A program made the translations under genes and the position numbers. From Candidatus Zixiibacteriota bacterium (GTDB lineage: Bacteria; Zixibacteria; MSB-5A5; DSPP01), in the NCBI GenBank assembly GCA_022614805.1, contig JAKEHY010000020.1, forward strand, positions 89,449 to 153,448: a stretch of 64,000 nucleotides of DNA, written 5' to 3'. Numbering within the stretch: the first letter of the stretch is position 1; every line of letters begins with the position of its first letter. Of the stretch, positions 26,902 to 39,835 are shown one piece after another. The notes under the pieces were generated by a model, which was given only the letters and a program-made list of their open reading frames with translations, was not told the DNA's origin and searched no databases.

Positions 26902-27774
26902 CTACAAATTCTTATGCCAGACCGCATCCGCCATTATTCCCAGAAACAGAATCAAAAGATAAACGATGGAATATCCGAAAAGTCCCCGCGCCTCGCCAAA
27001 GGCCCCCCGCCGCCAGATGCGGTAGGCCTTGTAAAGAAAAACCCCGTTCAAAATCAAGGCCAAAAGCAAATAAACCAGCCCGGCCCGCACGAAAAGCAAA
27101 GCCAGACTGAAGGCCACCATCCAGAGGGTATAAACCAGAATCTGCCGGGCCGTCTCCCTATCCCCCTTCACCACCGGCAGCATCGGGATTTTTGCTTTCT
27201 CATAATCCTTCTTGATGCACAAGGCCAAAGCCCAGAAATGAGGCGGCGTCCAGAAAAAGATGATGAGGAACAAAATCCAGGGAGTCAGGTTCAAGCTTCC
27301 GGTAGCCGCCCCCCAGGCAATCACCGGCGCCATCGAGCCGGCCGCCCCGCCGATGACGATGTTTTGATAAATCCGCGGTTTCAAATAGAGGGTGTAGAAA
27401 AAAGCATAATAGAGAATGGTTCCCAAAGCCAGAACGGCCGAGAAAACATTGAAAAGGACGGCGAAAAGCAAAACCGCGGCGGCGCCAAGCGAGCAGGCGA
27501 AACCCAGGGCCGCTTTCGGAGAAAGATTCCCCAAAGGCAGGGGGCGCTTTCTTTTGGTCCGCTCCATTACGGCGTCCAAGTCCCGCTCAAAATACTGGTT
27601 CAAAGCGTTGGCCGCCCCGCCGGTTAAAGTCAGGCCGAAAAGCACCGCCCCGAAGCGAATCGGGTCGGCCAAAAGCGAACCTTCCATCACCAAAGCCGCC
27701 GCACCCGTCAAAACCACCAAAAGCAGGATGGTCGGCTTGGTCAATTGGACGAAATTACGGAACCGGGGCTTCAC
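26902..27774 (-). CDS. ctaB: Protoheme IX farnesyltransferase (heme O synthase)
   Basis: ERDLDAVMERTKRKRPLP, NIVIGGAAG, FFWTPPHFWAL. Confidence 0.95.
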   Translation of the reverse strand: MKPRFRNFVQLTKPTILLLVVLTGAAALVMEGSLLADPIRFGAVLFGLTLTGGAANALNQYFERDLDAVMERTKRKRPLPLGNLSPKAALGFACSLGAAAVLLFAVLFNVFSAVLALGTILYYAFFYTLYLKPRIYQNIVIGGAAGSMAPVIAWGAATGSLNLTPWILFLIIFFWTPPHFWALALCIKKDYEKAKIPMLPVVKGDRETARQILVYTLWMVAFSLALLFVRAGLVYLLLALILNGVFLYKAYRIWRRGAFGEARGLFGYSIVYLLILFLGIMADAVWHKNL

Positions 27775-28855
27775 GCGGAAGGGTCTGGGTTTCGTAGCGG
27801 AAACGAAGCTCGTAGGTCAAAATAACCAGAAGCGCAAACAGGCTTAAACCGGTCACCAGATGGGCCAGACTCATCCCCAAGGGGGCTTTCATCATCAGAT
27901 TGCCGATTCCCAGAATAATCTGCAAGAAGACGAAAACCGCCGCCCCTCGCGCCGCCAATCGGGCCCGCGGCGTGGTGGAAACTTTGAGCGCCATAATGTG
28001 GGCCCAGATGACGAAACCGGCGGCGATAAAGGCCCACCAGCGGTGAAAAAACTGAATCAAAATCTGGTTCTGAAAAAGATTGTTCCAGCCCGGCTGATAA
28101 ACGGGCGACCACAAAACGTTCCCCGGCGGAATCCAGAAATCCCCCATTTTTGGAAAGGTGTTGAAAACCAGCCCGGCCCGGCTTCCCGCCGCCAGTCCGC
28201 CGGAGACGACCTGGACGAAAACGAGAAAAGTCGCCGCCCAAGCCAAAAGTATCAGCCACCGGCGGCCGGAGCGCTCGATAATAGCCCCTGCCATCCGCGA
28301 AAGCTTCAAGGTCGTCCACAAAAGCACGCCGAAAAACCAGAAGGCCGTCCCCAGATGGGCCGCCACCAGCTCCCCTTTCAATTCCTGCTTGACGACCAAG
28401 CCCCCCAACAGTGCCTGCCCGATTAAAAGCATCGCGGCGAAAATGAGGTGTGCCCCCACCTGCCGGCGCAGGAAAATGTTTTTGAAACCCCGCACGAAAA
28501 CGGCCAGAAAAACGATTCCCACCAGGGCCGCCAAAAACCGGTGCGCGTATTCAATCCAGAAAAGCGTTTTGAACTCCTCCAGGGAAAGGGGCACCAGTCC
28601 GAGCTCCGAGCTGGCTTGAAATTTCGTAAAAACCGCCTGCCATTCCGCGTCCGACATCGGCGGAAGCAGGCTGCCGTTGATTAAGGGCCAGTCCGGAATG
28701 GAAAGCCCCGAGCCGGAAAGCCGCACCACCCCGCCCCAGAGGATTAAGACGAAAACCAAAAGGGTCAAAAACAAAAGCCAGCCGGCGATGCGGACTTCCC
28801 CTTTCGGGGCCGCCTCCGAAGCTCGGATGGTCTCCGTCTTTTCGAACGTTGGCAT
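27755..28855 (-). CDS. ctaA: Heme A synthase (COX15/CtaA, type 2)
   Basis: GGVVRLSGSGLSIPDW, FWIEYAHR, QFFHRWWA, LAHL. Start reassigned to ATG 28855. Confidence 0.92.
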   Translation of the reverse strand: MPTFEKTETIRASEAAPKGEVRIAGWLLFLTLLVFVLILWGGVVRLSGSGLSIPDWPLINGSLLPPMSDAEWQAVFTKFQASSELGLVPLSLEEFKTLFWIEYAHRFLAALVGIVFLAVFVRGFKNIFLRRQVGAHLIFAAMLLIGQALLGGLVVKQELKGELVAAHLGTAFWFFGVLLWTTLKLSRMAGAIIERSGRRWLILLAWAATFLVFVQVVSGGLAAGSRAGLVFNTFPKMGDFWIPPGNVLWSPVYQPGWNNLFQNQILIQFFHRWWAFIAAGFVIWAHIMALKVSTTPRARLAARGAAVFVFLQIILGIGNLMMKAPLGMSLAHLVTGLSLFALLVILTYELRFRYETQTLPREAPVP

Positions 28856-28859
28856 CTCC

Positions 28860-30422
28860 TTATACAATTTCGGGTATTTTGGCGAAATTCTCCACCGGGG
28901 GCGGGCTGGAAACCGACCAGTCCAGAGTCCGCTGCAGAGGATAGACACCCCAGGGGTCTTCGGCGGCCCGTTCCCCTTTGCGCACGGCTTTGAACATATT
29001 GTAGAGCAACAGCATCCCGCCGGCAAAAAGCAGGATGTAGCCGAAGGAGGCCACCTGGTTCCAGAACTCAAACTCCGGCCGGTAGGTGTAGACCCGCCGG
29101 GCCATCCCCACGATTCCGAGCCAGTGCATCGGCAAAAAGGTGATGTTCATCCCCAGAAAAACGAGCCAGAAAATGACGTTCCCCAGTTTTTCGTCCAGAA
29201 TCCGCCCGGACATCTTCGGAAACCAGAAGAAAGTCCCGGCTAAAAGCGCCATTACCGACCCGCCGAACAAAACGTAGTGCAGGTGCGCCACCACGTAATA
29301 GCTGTCGTGCACCTGCACGTCGAAGGGGACCACGGCCAAAGTCAAACCGGAAATCCCCCCCATCACGAAAAGGGCGATAAACCCGAGGGCGAATTTCATC
29401 GCCGTGCTGAAGCGGATTTGTCCCCCCCAGATGGTGGCGAGCCAGGAGAAGATTTTTACCCCCGTCGGCACGGCGATGACCATCGTCATAAAGGCGAAAA
29501 AGGCCCGCAGGGCCGGGCTGATTCCGGAGGTGAACATATGGTGGGCCCAGACCATAAAGCCGATGATGCCGATGGCCGCCGTCGCCACTGCAATCCCCTT
29601 ATACCCGAATATTTTTTTGTTCGAAAACGCGGGCAAAACGTGAGAGACGATTCCCATTCCGGGCAAAACCATGATGTACACCGCCGGGTGGGAGTAAAAC
29701 CAGAACAAATGCTGCCACAGAAGCGGGTCTCCTCCCTCGGATGGGCGGAAAAAGCCGGTGCCGAAGGCCCGGTCGGTCAAAGCCATCGTCAAGGCCCCCG
29801 CCAGAACCGGCGTGGCGAACAAAATCAAGGTGGCGTTGACGAACCAGGTCCAAACAAATAGCGGCATTTTGAAATACCCCATCCCCGGGGCGCGCATATT
29901 GATGATGGTGACCAGAAAGTTGATGGCCCCCAAAATGCTGGAAAGCCCCACCAGATGCAGCCCCAGAATCCACATATCCACCCCCGGGGTACCGGAAAAC
30001 TGGCGCGAGGCCAGAGGGACGTAACCGGTCCAGCCCGTCTGGGCCGTGCCTCCCTGAACGAAAAAGCTACCGAACATCAAACCGGCGGCCGGAATGACCA
30101 GCCAATAGGACAAAGCGTTCAATTTCGGGAAGGCCATATCCCGAGCCCCGATTAAAAGCGGCACGAAGTAGTTGCCGAACCCCGCCATCGCCGGGATGAT
30201 GACGAAGAAAATCATCAAGGTCCCGTGCATCGACAGAAACTGGTTGTACAGGTCGGGGTTTAAAAGCTTCAAATCGGCGGCCGAAAGCTGGGCCCGCAAA
30301 AGCCCGGCAAAAGCCCCGCCGAAGACCGCCATAAAAAGGGAGGTGACCAGGTACAGGATGCCGATGTCCTTGTGGTCGGTGGTGGTCAGCCAGCGTTTGA
30401 GTCCGGCGGCCCGTTCGCTCAT
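28860..30422 (-). CDS. coxA: Heme-copper oxidase subunit I, type A2
   Basis: TTTDHKDIG, HGTLMIFF, WFYSHPAVY (YS motif of A2), VWAHHMF, VAHLHYV. Confidence 0.97.
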   Translation of the reverse strand: MSERAAGLKRWLTTTDHKDIGILYLVTSLFMAVFGGAFAGLLRAQLSAADLKLLNPDLYNQFLSMHGTLMIFFVIIPAMAGFGNYFVPLLIGARDMAFPKLNALSYWLVIPAAGLMFGSFFVQGGTAQTGWTGYVPLASRQFSGTPGVDMWILGLHLVGLSSILGAINFLVTIINMRAPGMGYFKMPLFVWTWFVNATLILFATPVLAGALTMALTDRAFGTGFFRPSEGGDPLLWQHLFWFYSHPAVYIMVLPGMGIVSHVLPAFSNKKIFGYKGIAVATAAIGIIGFMVWAHHMFTSGISPALRAFFAFMTMVIAVPTGVKIFSWLATIWGGQIRFSTAMKFALGFIALFVMGGISGLTLAVVPFDVQVHDSYYVVAHLHYVLFGGSVMALLAGTFFWFPKMSGRILDEKLGNVIFWLVFLGMNITFLPMHWLGIVGMARRVYTYRPEFEFWNQVASFGYILLFAGGMLLLYNMFKAVRKGERAAEDPWGVYPLQRTLDWSVSSPPPVENFAKIPEIV

Positions 30423-30423
30423 T

Positions 30424-31164
30424 TCAGCTTTTCCTCGTGGTATCGGGCGGAAGCGAAACGCCCTTCTTCTTCAAAATCCACTGCTCGAATTCCTCCGGCG
30501 TAACCACTTGCACATCGATAAACATCTTGGCGTGCAGCTTGCCGCACAGCTCGGCGCACTGCCCTTTGTAATGTCCCGGCCGCTCCGCCTGGAACCAGGC
30601 GTGCGTGATGCGCCCCGGGTTGGCATCCTGTTTCACACCGAAGGCCGGCACCCACCAGGAGTGCACCACATCCACGCTCGAGAGGTTCAAGGTGACGACC
30701 TTGCCGGCCGGAACCACCAGCGCCTCCTCGGCAAACTGAACACCCTGTTTCGGGTAGCGGTACTCCCAGAAGAATTGGTGCCCGATGACTCCCACCACCA
30801 AATCGCTTTTGGGGGGCACCTCCATCGCCCGCATGGTCTGGTAGGTGGGGACGGCGGTGATGGCCAAGGTCAAAGCCGGAATCACGGTCCACAAAACTTC
30901 CAACCGTAAATTTTCATGGAAGGCAGCCGCCCGCCCCCCCGGTTTGGCTTTGAAGCGGATGATGGCGTACAAAAGAAGCCCTTCAGCCAGAAACAAAAAG
31001 GGCATAATCATGACCATGGCAAAGAAAAAATTGGAGCGGACCTGCCGGGCCAGGGGCCCTTCCGGGTTGACCAGCCAGTTGGTAATCGGCTCGTCGGCCC
31101 AGCCCAGTGAGGCCAGACCAACCAATGTCAGCCCGGTCATAAGAAAAACTCGGATTTTCTTCAT
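30424..31164 (-). CDS. coxB: Cytochrome c oxidase subunit II (CuA), with no fused heme c
   Basis: GHQFFWEY, DVVHSWWVP, CAELCGKLHAKM. Start at ATG 31164. Confidence 0.95.
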   Translation of the reverse strand: MKKIRVFLMTGLTLVGLASLGWADEPITNWLVNPEGPLARQVRSNFFFAMVMIMPFLFLAEGLLLYAIIRFKAKPGGRAAAFHENLRLEVLWTVIPALTLAITAVPTYQTMRAMEVPPKSDLVVGVIGHQFFWEYRYPKQGVQFAEEALVVPAGKVVTLNLSSVDVVHSWWVPAFGVKQDANPGRITHAWFQAERPGHYKGQCAELCGKLHAKMFIDVQVVTPEEFEQWILKKKGVSLPPDTTRKS

Positions 31165-31165
31165 A

Positions 31166-32113
31166 CTACCTTTCCTTGGCCAGTTCGACAACGAAACGAT
31201 ATAAAGCATCCAGTTCGGGCTCTGTCAAGAGCTCCCCCGGCATCAGCTTTCCCGGCAGCCCCCCTACGACAATCTTTTCGAACTCCTTTTTGTTCCTCAC
31301 CCAGACGGCGTTCGGATTTTGAAGCGTCGGGGCTTTGGCGTAACGGTAGGGAAAAACCGCCAGCTTTTGCACCGGCTCCCCTCCTTCGCCCGAGGCACCG
31401 TGGCAGGAGGCGCAGCGTTGGACATAAGTCTCTCTGCCAAGGCCGGGTGGCAGGCGGGACAGCTTCCTTCCGACCGGCCCTTCGGGACGGGCCGAGGCCC
31501 GCAGGGCCAAAACAATCGGAATTCTGGGCCCTGCCTTGGCCGTGTCGGCGGCCGTCGCCGTTGCGCCGCCCGAAGTCGGGGCGGCCCCGCCGCCGGTCAG
31601 TTGGGCCGCCACTTCCTTCGTATCGTTGGCCGGATTGGGAATCAAGGTGCGGATGTAATGAATAATGGCGATGCGGTCTTTGGCGGGCAAAAGCTCAAAC
31701 GGGGCCATCGCCGTTCCCGGTGAGCCGACTCTCAAAGTGTTCCAGAGCTGACTGGGGGAGTTGCCGAACTTGAACTTTTCCGTCGCGTAGTTGCGCGGCC
31801 GGGGATTCAATTCCGGCGCCCTATCCCCGTCCCCCTTGCCCGTCGGCCCGTGGCAGGAGGCGCAGTTGACCGCGTACAACATTTTCCCTTCCGCAGCGAG
31901 TTCCGGCGTCGGGTTATACAAGAGCGATAAATCGACGGCCTGCGCCCCGGCTTGCTCGCCGGCCGGCTTGGGCGGCTCTTTTTTCGCTTCCTCCCTTCCC
32001 AGCTTAAAAAAGCTGACGAACGCCCAGAAAACCAGAGCGGCCGAAAGGGCAAAAAGCGGCAGGTATATGAACGGATTCGATTTTTCTATTTTCTCTTCCA
32101 TTCTTGTTTCCAC
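31166..32113 (-). CDS. Membrane-anchored diheme cytochrome c
   Basis: N-terminal TM helix and two CASCH motifs with distal Met candidates (GTAM, GKLM). Confidence 0.85.
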   Translation of the reverse strand: METRMEEKIEKSNPFIYLPLFALSAALVFWAFVSFFKLGREEAKKEPPKPAGEQAGAQAVDLSLLYNPTPELAAEGKMLYAVNCASCHGPTGKGDGDRAPELNPRPRNYATEKFKFGNSPSQLWNTLRVGSPGTAMAPFELLPAKDRIAIIHYIRTLIPNPANDTKEVAAQLTGGGAAPTSGGATATAADTAKAGPRIPIVLALRASARPEGPVGRKLSRLPPGLGRETYVQRCASCHGASGEGGEPVQKLAVFPYRYAKAPTLQNPNAVWVRNKKEFEKIVVGGLPGKLMPGELLTEPELDALYRFVVELAKER

Positions 32114-32124
32114 TCTTTTTTCCT

Positions 32125-32178
32125 GTCCCCCTTACCAAGGGGGACGCCGGCCCCAATTCATCGGGGCAGGCAGGGGGT
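32125..32178. repeat. Composite palindrome (GTCCCCC-N7-GGGGGAC followed by GCCCC-N8-GGGGC)
   Basis: Two adjacent hairpins in the actF to cytochrome c intergenic region. Confidence 0.45.
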
Positions 32179-32216
32179 GCTTTTCACAATCCCGTTATGT
32201 GTGCGGCTCGGCCTCA

Positions 32217-33416
32217 TCATTGTTTCCAGTTCACGCTGGCCAAAAGATGGGGGTCCCGGTGGGCCAGCACCGAATGCTTTCCCAAAAAGCGGAAGACGGT
32301 CCAACCGAAGACTCCGGCAAACCCCAAAAAAGTCCCCAGTTCCATCCAGCCGAAAACCGGCTTCTGCGGGCTTATTACCGGACCGATTAACAAATACAAA
32401 TCCAGAAACTCGCCGAGGATGATGATGGCCGCCGCCGTCAGCATCACTTTTTCGCTCCGCTTTCCGTCCCGTCCCATCAGCATAAAGAAGGGAATGAAAA
32501 AGCGCAGGAAAACCACGGAAAGGAAAATATATCCCCACGGCCAGACCTTCCGCTTAATCAAATAAAACGTCTCTTCCGGCATATTCCCGTACCAGATGAG
32601 CATATACTGCGAAAAACCGATGTAGGCCGAAAAGACGGCAAAGGCGAACATAAAGTTGCCGATGTCCTGCAGGTGGTTGGCGTTGAAGATTCCTTCCAGC
32701 GCCCCCCGGCGCTTGAGCCAGATGGCCAGAATTGCGAGAAAGGCCATCCCGCTCTGGAAAAGCCCGGCGAAGCAGTACACGCCGAAGATGGTGGAATACC
32801 AGTGCGGCTCCAGGGACATAATCGTATCGAACACCGCCAAGGTAAACGTGATGCCAAAAACCGGGAAAAAGACCACGGAAAGTTTGGCCGACTTTTGCGA
32901 AAGCCGGGCGTCGCCGGTTTCGTCCTGCTTCAACGAATTTTTAATTAAAATCAGGGCGAAAAGCACCCAAATGCCCAGAAGGATGAGATTCCGAACCGAA
33001 AAGAAAACGATATTCAAATATCCCAGCTTGCCCGTTCCCAGAGGCGGCTCGATATGCGCCGTCTCCGGATGCGCCCAGGCGTACAATTTTCCCGACCCCA
33101 TTAGCAGTACCAGAAACAAAACGGCGGCAACGGGAAGATAGGAGGCCATCCCTTCCGAGATTCTCCGGACAACCGTTGACCACATCGCCCCGGTGGCGTG
33201 GTGCAGGGCGGTGAAAAAAAGCCCGCACAAACCCCAGAAAAGAAAAAAGGCATACCCCAAAAGCCAGGCCGACCAGGCCCGGGGGGCGTCCACTCTCAAC
33301 CCGGCGAGGAAGGCGATTATCCCGACGGCCCCCAATCCGAAAAGAATCTGATTGGTTCGGGCCGGAACTTTCAAAGGCCCCGGATTTTTGACCGACGTAA
33401 TATGAATTTCGCTCAT
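32217..33416 (-). CDS. actF: Alternative complex III subunit ActF
   Basis: Polytopic NrfD-like protein with SLEPHWYSTIFG, SQYMLIWYGNMPEE. Operon position fits. Confidence 0.9.
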   Translation of the reverse strand: MSEIHITSVKNPGPLKVPARTNQILFGLGAVGIIAFLAGLRVDAPRAWSAWLLGYAFFLFWGLCGLFFTALHHATGAMWSTVVRRISEGMASYLPVAAVLFLVLLMGSGKLYAWAHPETAHIEPPLGTGKLGYLNIVFFSVRNLILLGIWVLFALILIKNSLKQDETGDARLSQKSAKLSVVFFPVFGITFTLAVFDTIMSLEPHWYSTIFGVYCFAGLFQSGMAFLAILAIWLKRRGALEGIFNANHLQDIGNFMFAFAVFSAYIGFSQYMLIWYGNMPEETFYLIKRKVWPWGYIFLSVVFLRFFIPFFMLMGRDGKRSEKVMLTAAAIIILGEFLDLYLLIGPVISPQKPVFGWMELGTFLGFAGVFGWTVFRFLGKHSVLAHRDPHLLASVNWKQ

Positions 33417-33417
33417 A

Positions 33418-34038
33418 CTATCTTTCCGGCCAGAGTTTAGGCGTCGAGGTGTCCGGCTCGTCTTCGGAGAAATCGATTCCCAGTCTCTTCATCAAGGCCA
33501 AATCCGCCGCCGTCGGTCGGGCCGCCCGCTGCAGAACCCGGACGTAGTTCACCACGGCCCAACGCTGGGCCGGGTCCAATTGAAAGGCATAATCGGGCAT
33601 CGTCTGCTGCCCGCGGGAAATGTTGTGGAAGATTCTCCCGTCCGGCCAGTTCCGCACCCGGTCGGTCAAAAGGGACGGCGGCTGCGGAAACTTCGGAATG
33701 ATGTAGCCCCGGCCGTCGCCTTTGGGCCCATGGCAAACGATGCAGAAGGTGTTGAACGACTTCCGGCCGGCCTCCAAAACTTCCAGGGTGGGAGGCAGCG
33801 GGTTGACCAGCTCCGCCGCCGCTTTCAGCGTGTCGCCGGGCCCGTACGGATACGCCTCCCAGTCCCGCGGCACGGTGCCCGTGGCCGGCAGAAACATCGG
33901 CCGCTCCTGGGCTTTCACCGCCGGCGAGTGGGCCATATTCGGCATATACTCCAACATCGGCTTCGACTTTTGCCGCGAGCAGCCCGCCGTCAGAAGCAAA
34001 AGTCCGAAAAGAACGGCTGCCCTAAACTTTTTTGACAT
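33418..34038 (-). CDS. actE: ACIII monoheme cytochrome c lipoprotein ActE
   Basis: Lipobox LTAGC, YMPNM..S, CIVCH, GQQTMP, RWAVVNYVR. Confidence 0.9.
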   Translation of the reverse strand: MSKKFRAAVLFGLLLLTAGCSRQKSKPMLEYMPNMAHSPAVKAQERPMFLPATGTVPRDWEAYPYGPGDTLKAAAELVNPLPPTLEVLEAGRKSFNTFCIVCHGPKGDGRGYIIPKFPQPPSLLTDRVRNWPDGRIFHNISRGQQTMPDYAFQLDPAQRWAVVNYVRVLQRAARPTAADLALMKRLGIDFSEDEPDTSTPKLWPER

Positions 34039-34531
34039 CCAAAGCTCCCGCGTCCTTCAAAAATCGTTCTTCTTCGGCTCCCGTTCCGGTGATGGGAACG
34101 ACCAGGGCGAAATGGTCGTCCGTAACCCGTGAGTCCAAAATTTTCGGATTCCGCTGGGGCAGCCGGCAGGCGGCAAAAAGGGCCAGCAAAGTTGTAACGC
34201 CGGCAAAAAGTACGGTGGTCTCGAAGGTAATCGGAATAAAAGCCGGCCAGGAGACAAACGGCTTTCCCCCCACGTTCAAGGGCCAGTCCACCGCCGAAGT
34301 CCAGGCTTGGAACAAAAATCCGAGACTGCCTCCGGTCACCCCGGCCAGCAGGGTGGCCCACGGCACCCAGGAACGCTTGAGGCCCAAAGCCTCGTTTATC
34401 CCGTGCACGAAATACGGCATATAGGCGTCCAGATTTTTGAAGCCCCGCTCGCGAGCGGCCTTCCCGGCTTTAAGCAGGGTCTGCGGGTCGTCAAAGATTC
34501 CGACCACCGCGCCCGTTACCGCCTTAGCCAT
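34022..34531 (-). CDS. actD: ACIII subunit ActD (DUF3341)
   Basis: [27 protein letters not shown]. Confidence 0.92.
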   Translation of the reverse strand: MAKAVTGAVVGIFDDPQTLLKAGKAARERGFKNLDAYMPYFVHGINEALGLKRSWVPWATLLAGVTGGSLGFLFQAWTSAVDWPLNVGGKPFVSWPAFIPITFETTVLFAGVTTLLALFAACRLPQRNPKILDSRVTDDHFALVVPITGTGAEEERFLKDAGALDVKKV

Positions 34532-35908
34532 GCACGGCCTCGGCTGGTTGATGGGCTTTCTTGCCGGAAGGATTGACCAGAACTCCCTTCACTTCCGCCA
34601 ACGAAAGTGAAGGCAGAAACCGGGCGAATAAAAAGAAGAAAGTCATAAAAAACCCGAACGAGCCCACGGTCATCCCGATTTCGTAAATCGTCGGGGCGTA
34701 GGTATCCCAGCTGGCGGGCAGAAAATCCCGGTGCAGCGAGGTGACGATGATGGTGAAGCGCTCGAACCACATCCCGATGTTGACGAAAATCGAGACGATA
34801 AACATCGTCAAAATGTGCCGCCGCGCCCGTTGGAACCAGAAAAGCTGCGGGATGAAAAAGTTGCAGGTGACCATAATCCAGTAAGCCCAGGCAAACGGTC
34901 CGAAGGCCCGGTTCCAGAAAGTGAAGCGCTCGTACGGGTTTTCCGAATACCAGGCCGTGAAGGCCTCGGTCATATAGGCGTACCCCACCATCCAGGAGGT
35001 AACTAAAATGATTTTGTTCATCATCTCCAAGTGGTAGATGCCGATGTATTCCTCCAGCCGGAACACACGGCGCAAAACCACGAGCAAAGTCATCGCCATC
35101 GCAAAGCCGGAAAAAATCGCCCCCGCCACGAAGTACGGCGGGAAAATGGTGGTGTGCCAGCCCGGCAAAAGCGAAACGGCGAAATCGAACGAGACGATGG
35201 AGTGAACGGAAAGCACGAGCGGGGTGGACAAGGCCGCCAGAAGCAGATACGCCTTTTCGTAATGGTTCCAATCCCGGGCCGAGCCGGTCCAGCCCAGCGA
35301 AAAGATTCCAAAAATCAATTTCTTAAGCTTGGAGGTGGTCCTATCCCGCACGCTGGCCAGGTCCGGAACCAGCCCCTGATACCAGAAGCAAAGGGAGATG
35401 GTCAAATAGGTGGAAACGGCGAAAACGTCCCAGAGCAAAGGGGAGCGGAAATTCACCCACAAAAGCCGCTCATTCGGGTATGGAATGAGCCAGTAGGCGT
35501 ACCAGGTGCGCCCCAGATGGATGAGCGGGAAAAGCCCGGCGGTCATCACGGCAAAAATGGTCATCGCTTCCGCCGACCGGTTGATGGAAGTCCGCCAGCG
35601 CTGGCGCAAAAGAAACAAAATGGCCGAAATCAAAGTCCCGGCGTGGCCGATGCCGATCCAGAAAACGAAATTGGTGATGTCAAAAGCCCACATCACCGGG
35701 TTGCGCAGCCCCCAGACGCCGACACCGTGTATCTGTTGCATCGCCACTGCCCAGACGCCAAATAGCAGGGCCGCCAAGGAAATGCTCATCCCCAGATACC
35801 AGAGCTTTCCCGGCTTCTCGATGGGGCGCAAAACGTCGGCGGTCACGTCCGCCATCGTGATGCGGGGCGGAATCAGGGGGGGGTTGGAAAGGACGTCCGC
35901 TTCCACGC

Positions 35909-35912
<4 letters not shown>
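34524..35912 (-). CDS. actC: ACIII quinol-binding subunit ActC (NrfD/PsrC family)
   Basis: [41 protein letters not shown]. Confidence 0.95.
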
Positions 35913-39004
<3,092 letters not shown>

Positions 39005-39005
39005 C

Positions 39006-39512
39006 TTAATTATGACAGGTTATGCACTCGATGGAAGCCTTGTTCTGCCGGTGGCAGTCCACGCACCACCCCATATTCAGCTTTTGCACTTGAACGATTT
39101 TATCCATTGTCTCCACCGGCCCGTGGCAGGTCTGGCAGGCTACCCCCTTGGCCAAGTGCCAGCGGTGGGAAAAGTAGGTGAAATCCGGCAGGGCGTGCAC
39201 CCGCACCCAGGCGATGGCCGAATCCGCTTTGTAGGCGGCGGCTAATTTGATGACGTTCTCCTTGGTGACCGCCACCGATTTGTGGCAGCCCATGCAGACG
39301 TTCATCGGCGGCACCGTGGCGTGGCGCCCCTTTTCGGCGGGAGCATGGCAGTACAGACAGGGAATTTTGTTGTCTCCAGCGTGAATTTTGTGGGAGAAAG
39401 GGAGCGGCTGTTCGGGGGCGTAGCCGACATTGGTGTTCAGCTCGGCAATCACCCAACCGCCATACCCCAAAACCGCCAAAACGATGAGGGTCACCTGCCA
39501 CTTTCGACCCAT
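39006..39512 (-). CDS. actA: ACIII pentaheme cytochrome c ActA
   Basis: Five CxxCH motifs (CLYCH, CMGCH, CQTCH, CVDCH, CITCH), N-terminal TM helix, QPLPFSHKIH. Confidence 0.93.
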   Translation of the reverse strand: MGRKWQVTLIVLAVLGYGGWVIAELNTNVGYAPEQPLPFSHKIHAGDNKIPCLYCHAPAEKGRHATVPPMNVCMGCHKSVAVTKENVIKLAAAYKADSAIAWVRVHALPDFTYFSHRWHLAKGVACQTCHGPVETMDKIVQVQKLNMGWCVDCHRQNKASIECITCHN

Positions 39513-39630
39513 TTTTTACTGGGCTCTCCTCTCCATTTCGCTCAATACGGCATCAACCGCTTGTGAAATTTGTAACGAGCGTTCTTAAAAAAAATATTTG
39601 TACCCTGCTACTTACTCCACCAAAAAGTCG

Positions 39631-39659
39631 ATATTACAAAGCCCCCTTTTCCCTGTCAA
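39631..39659 (-). promoter_or_regulatory. Sigma70-type promoter of the act-cox operon
   Basis: TTGACA-N17-TAATAT on the minus strand. Confidence 0.55.
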
Positions 39660-39688
39660 GCCCAAACAAGGGTTTCGGGTGAAAATCT

Positions 39689-39736
39689 TTGACTTTCACG
39701 CCCCGTGAACTATCTTTTTCCTCGTAGGGTGGGATA
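39689..39736 (+). promoter_or_regulatory. Sigma70-type promoter of the fibre operon, with a palindromic spacer and a downstream AGGGTGGGATA motif
   Basis: TTGACT-N16-TATCTT. The spacer contains TTCACG-CCC-CGTGAA. Confidence 0.5.
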
Positions 39737-39760
39737 GCTCGTAAGCGAAAAAGCCTTTCT

Positions 39761-39820
39761 CCCCTCTCCTCGCAGGAGAGGGTCAGGCTTGTCCCGAGCG
39801 AAGTCGAGGGGGAGAGGTCA
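39761..39820. repeat. CCCTCTCC..GGAGAGGG-type palindromic repeat with an inserted CTTGTCCCGAGCGAAGTCGAGG module
   Basis: Hairpin in the 5' leader of fibre gene 1. A related element is at 50588-50622. Confidence 0.5.
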
Positions 39821-39835
39821 AAAAAGGAGGTTCAA

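Noticed and set aside
39561-39578. Rex or Crp/Fnr site TTGTGAAATTTGTAACGA upstream of actA
   Set aside because: Only one good half-site; the other half matches 4 of 7 positions.
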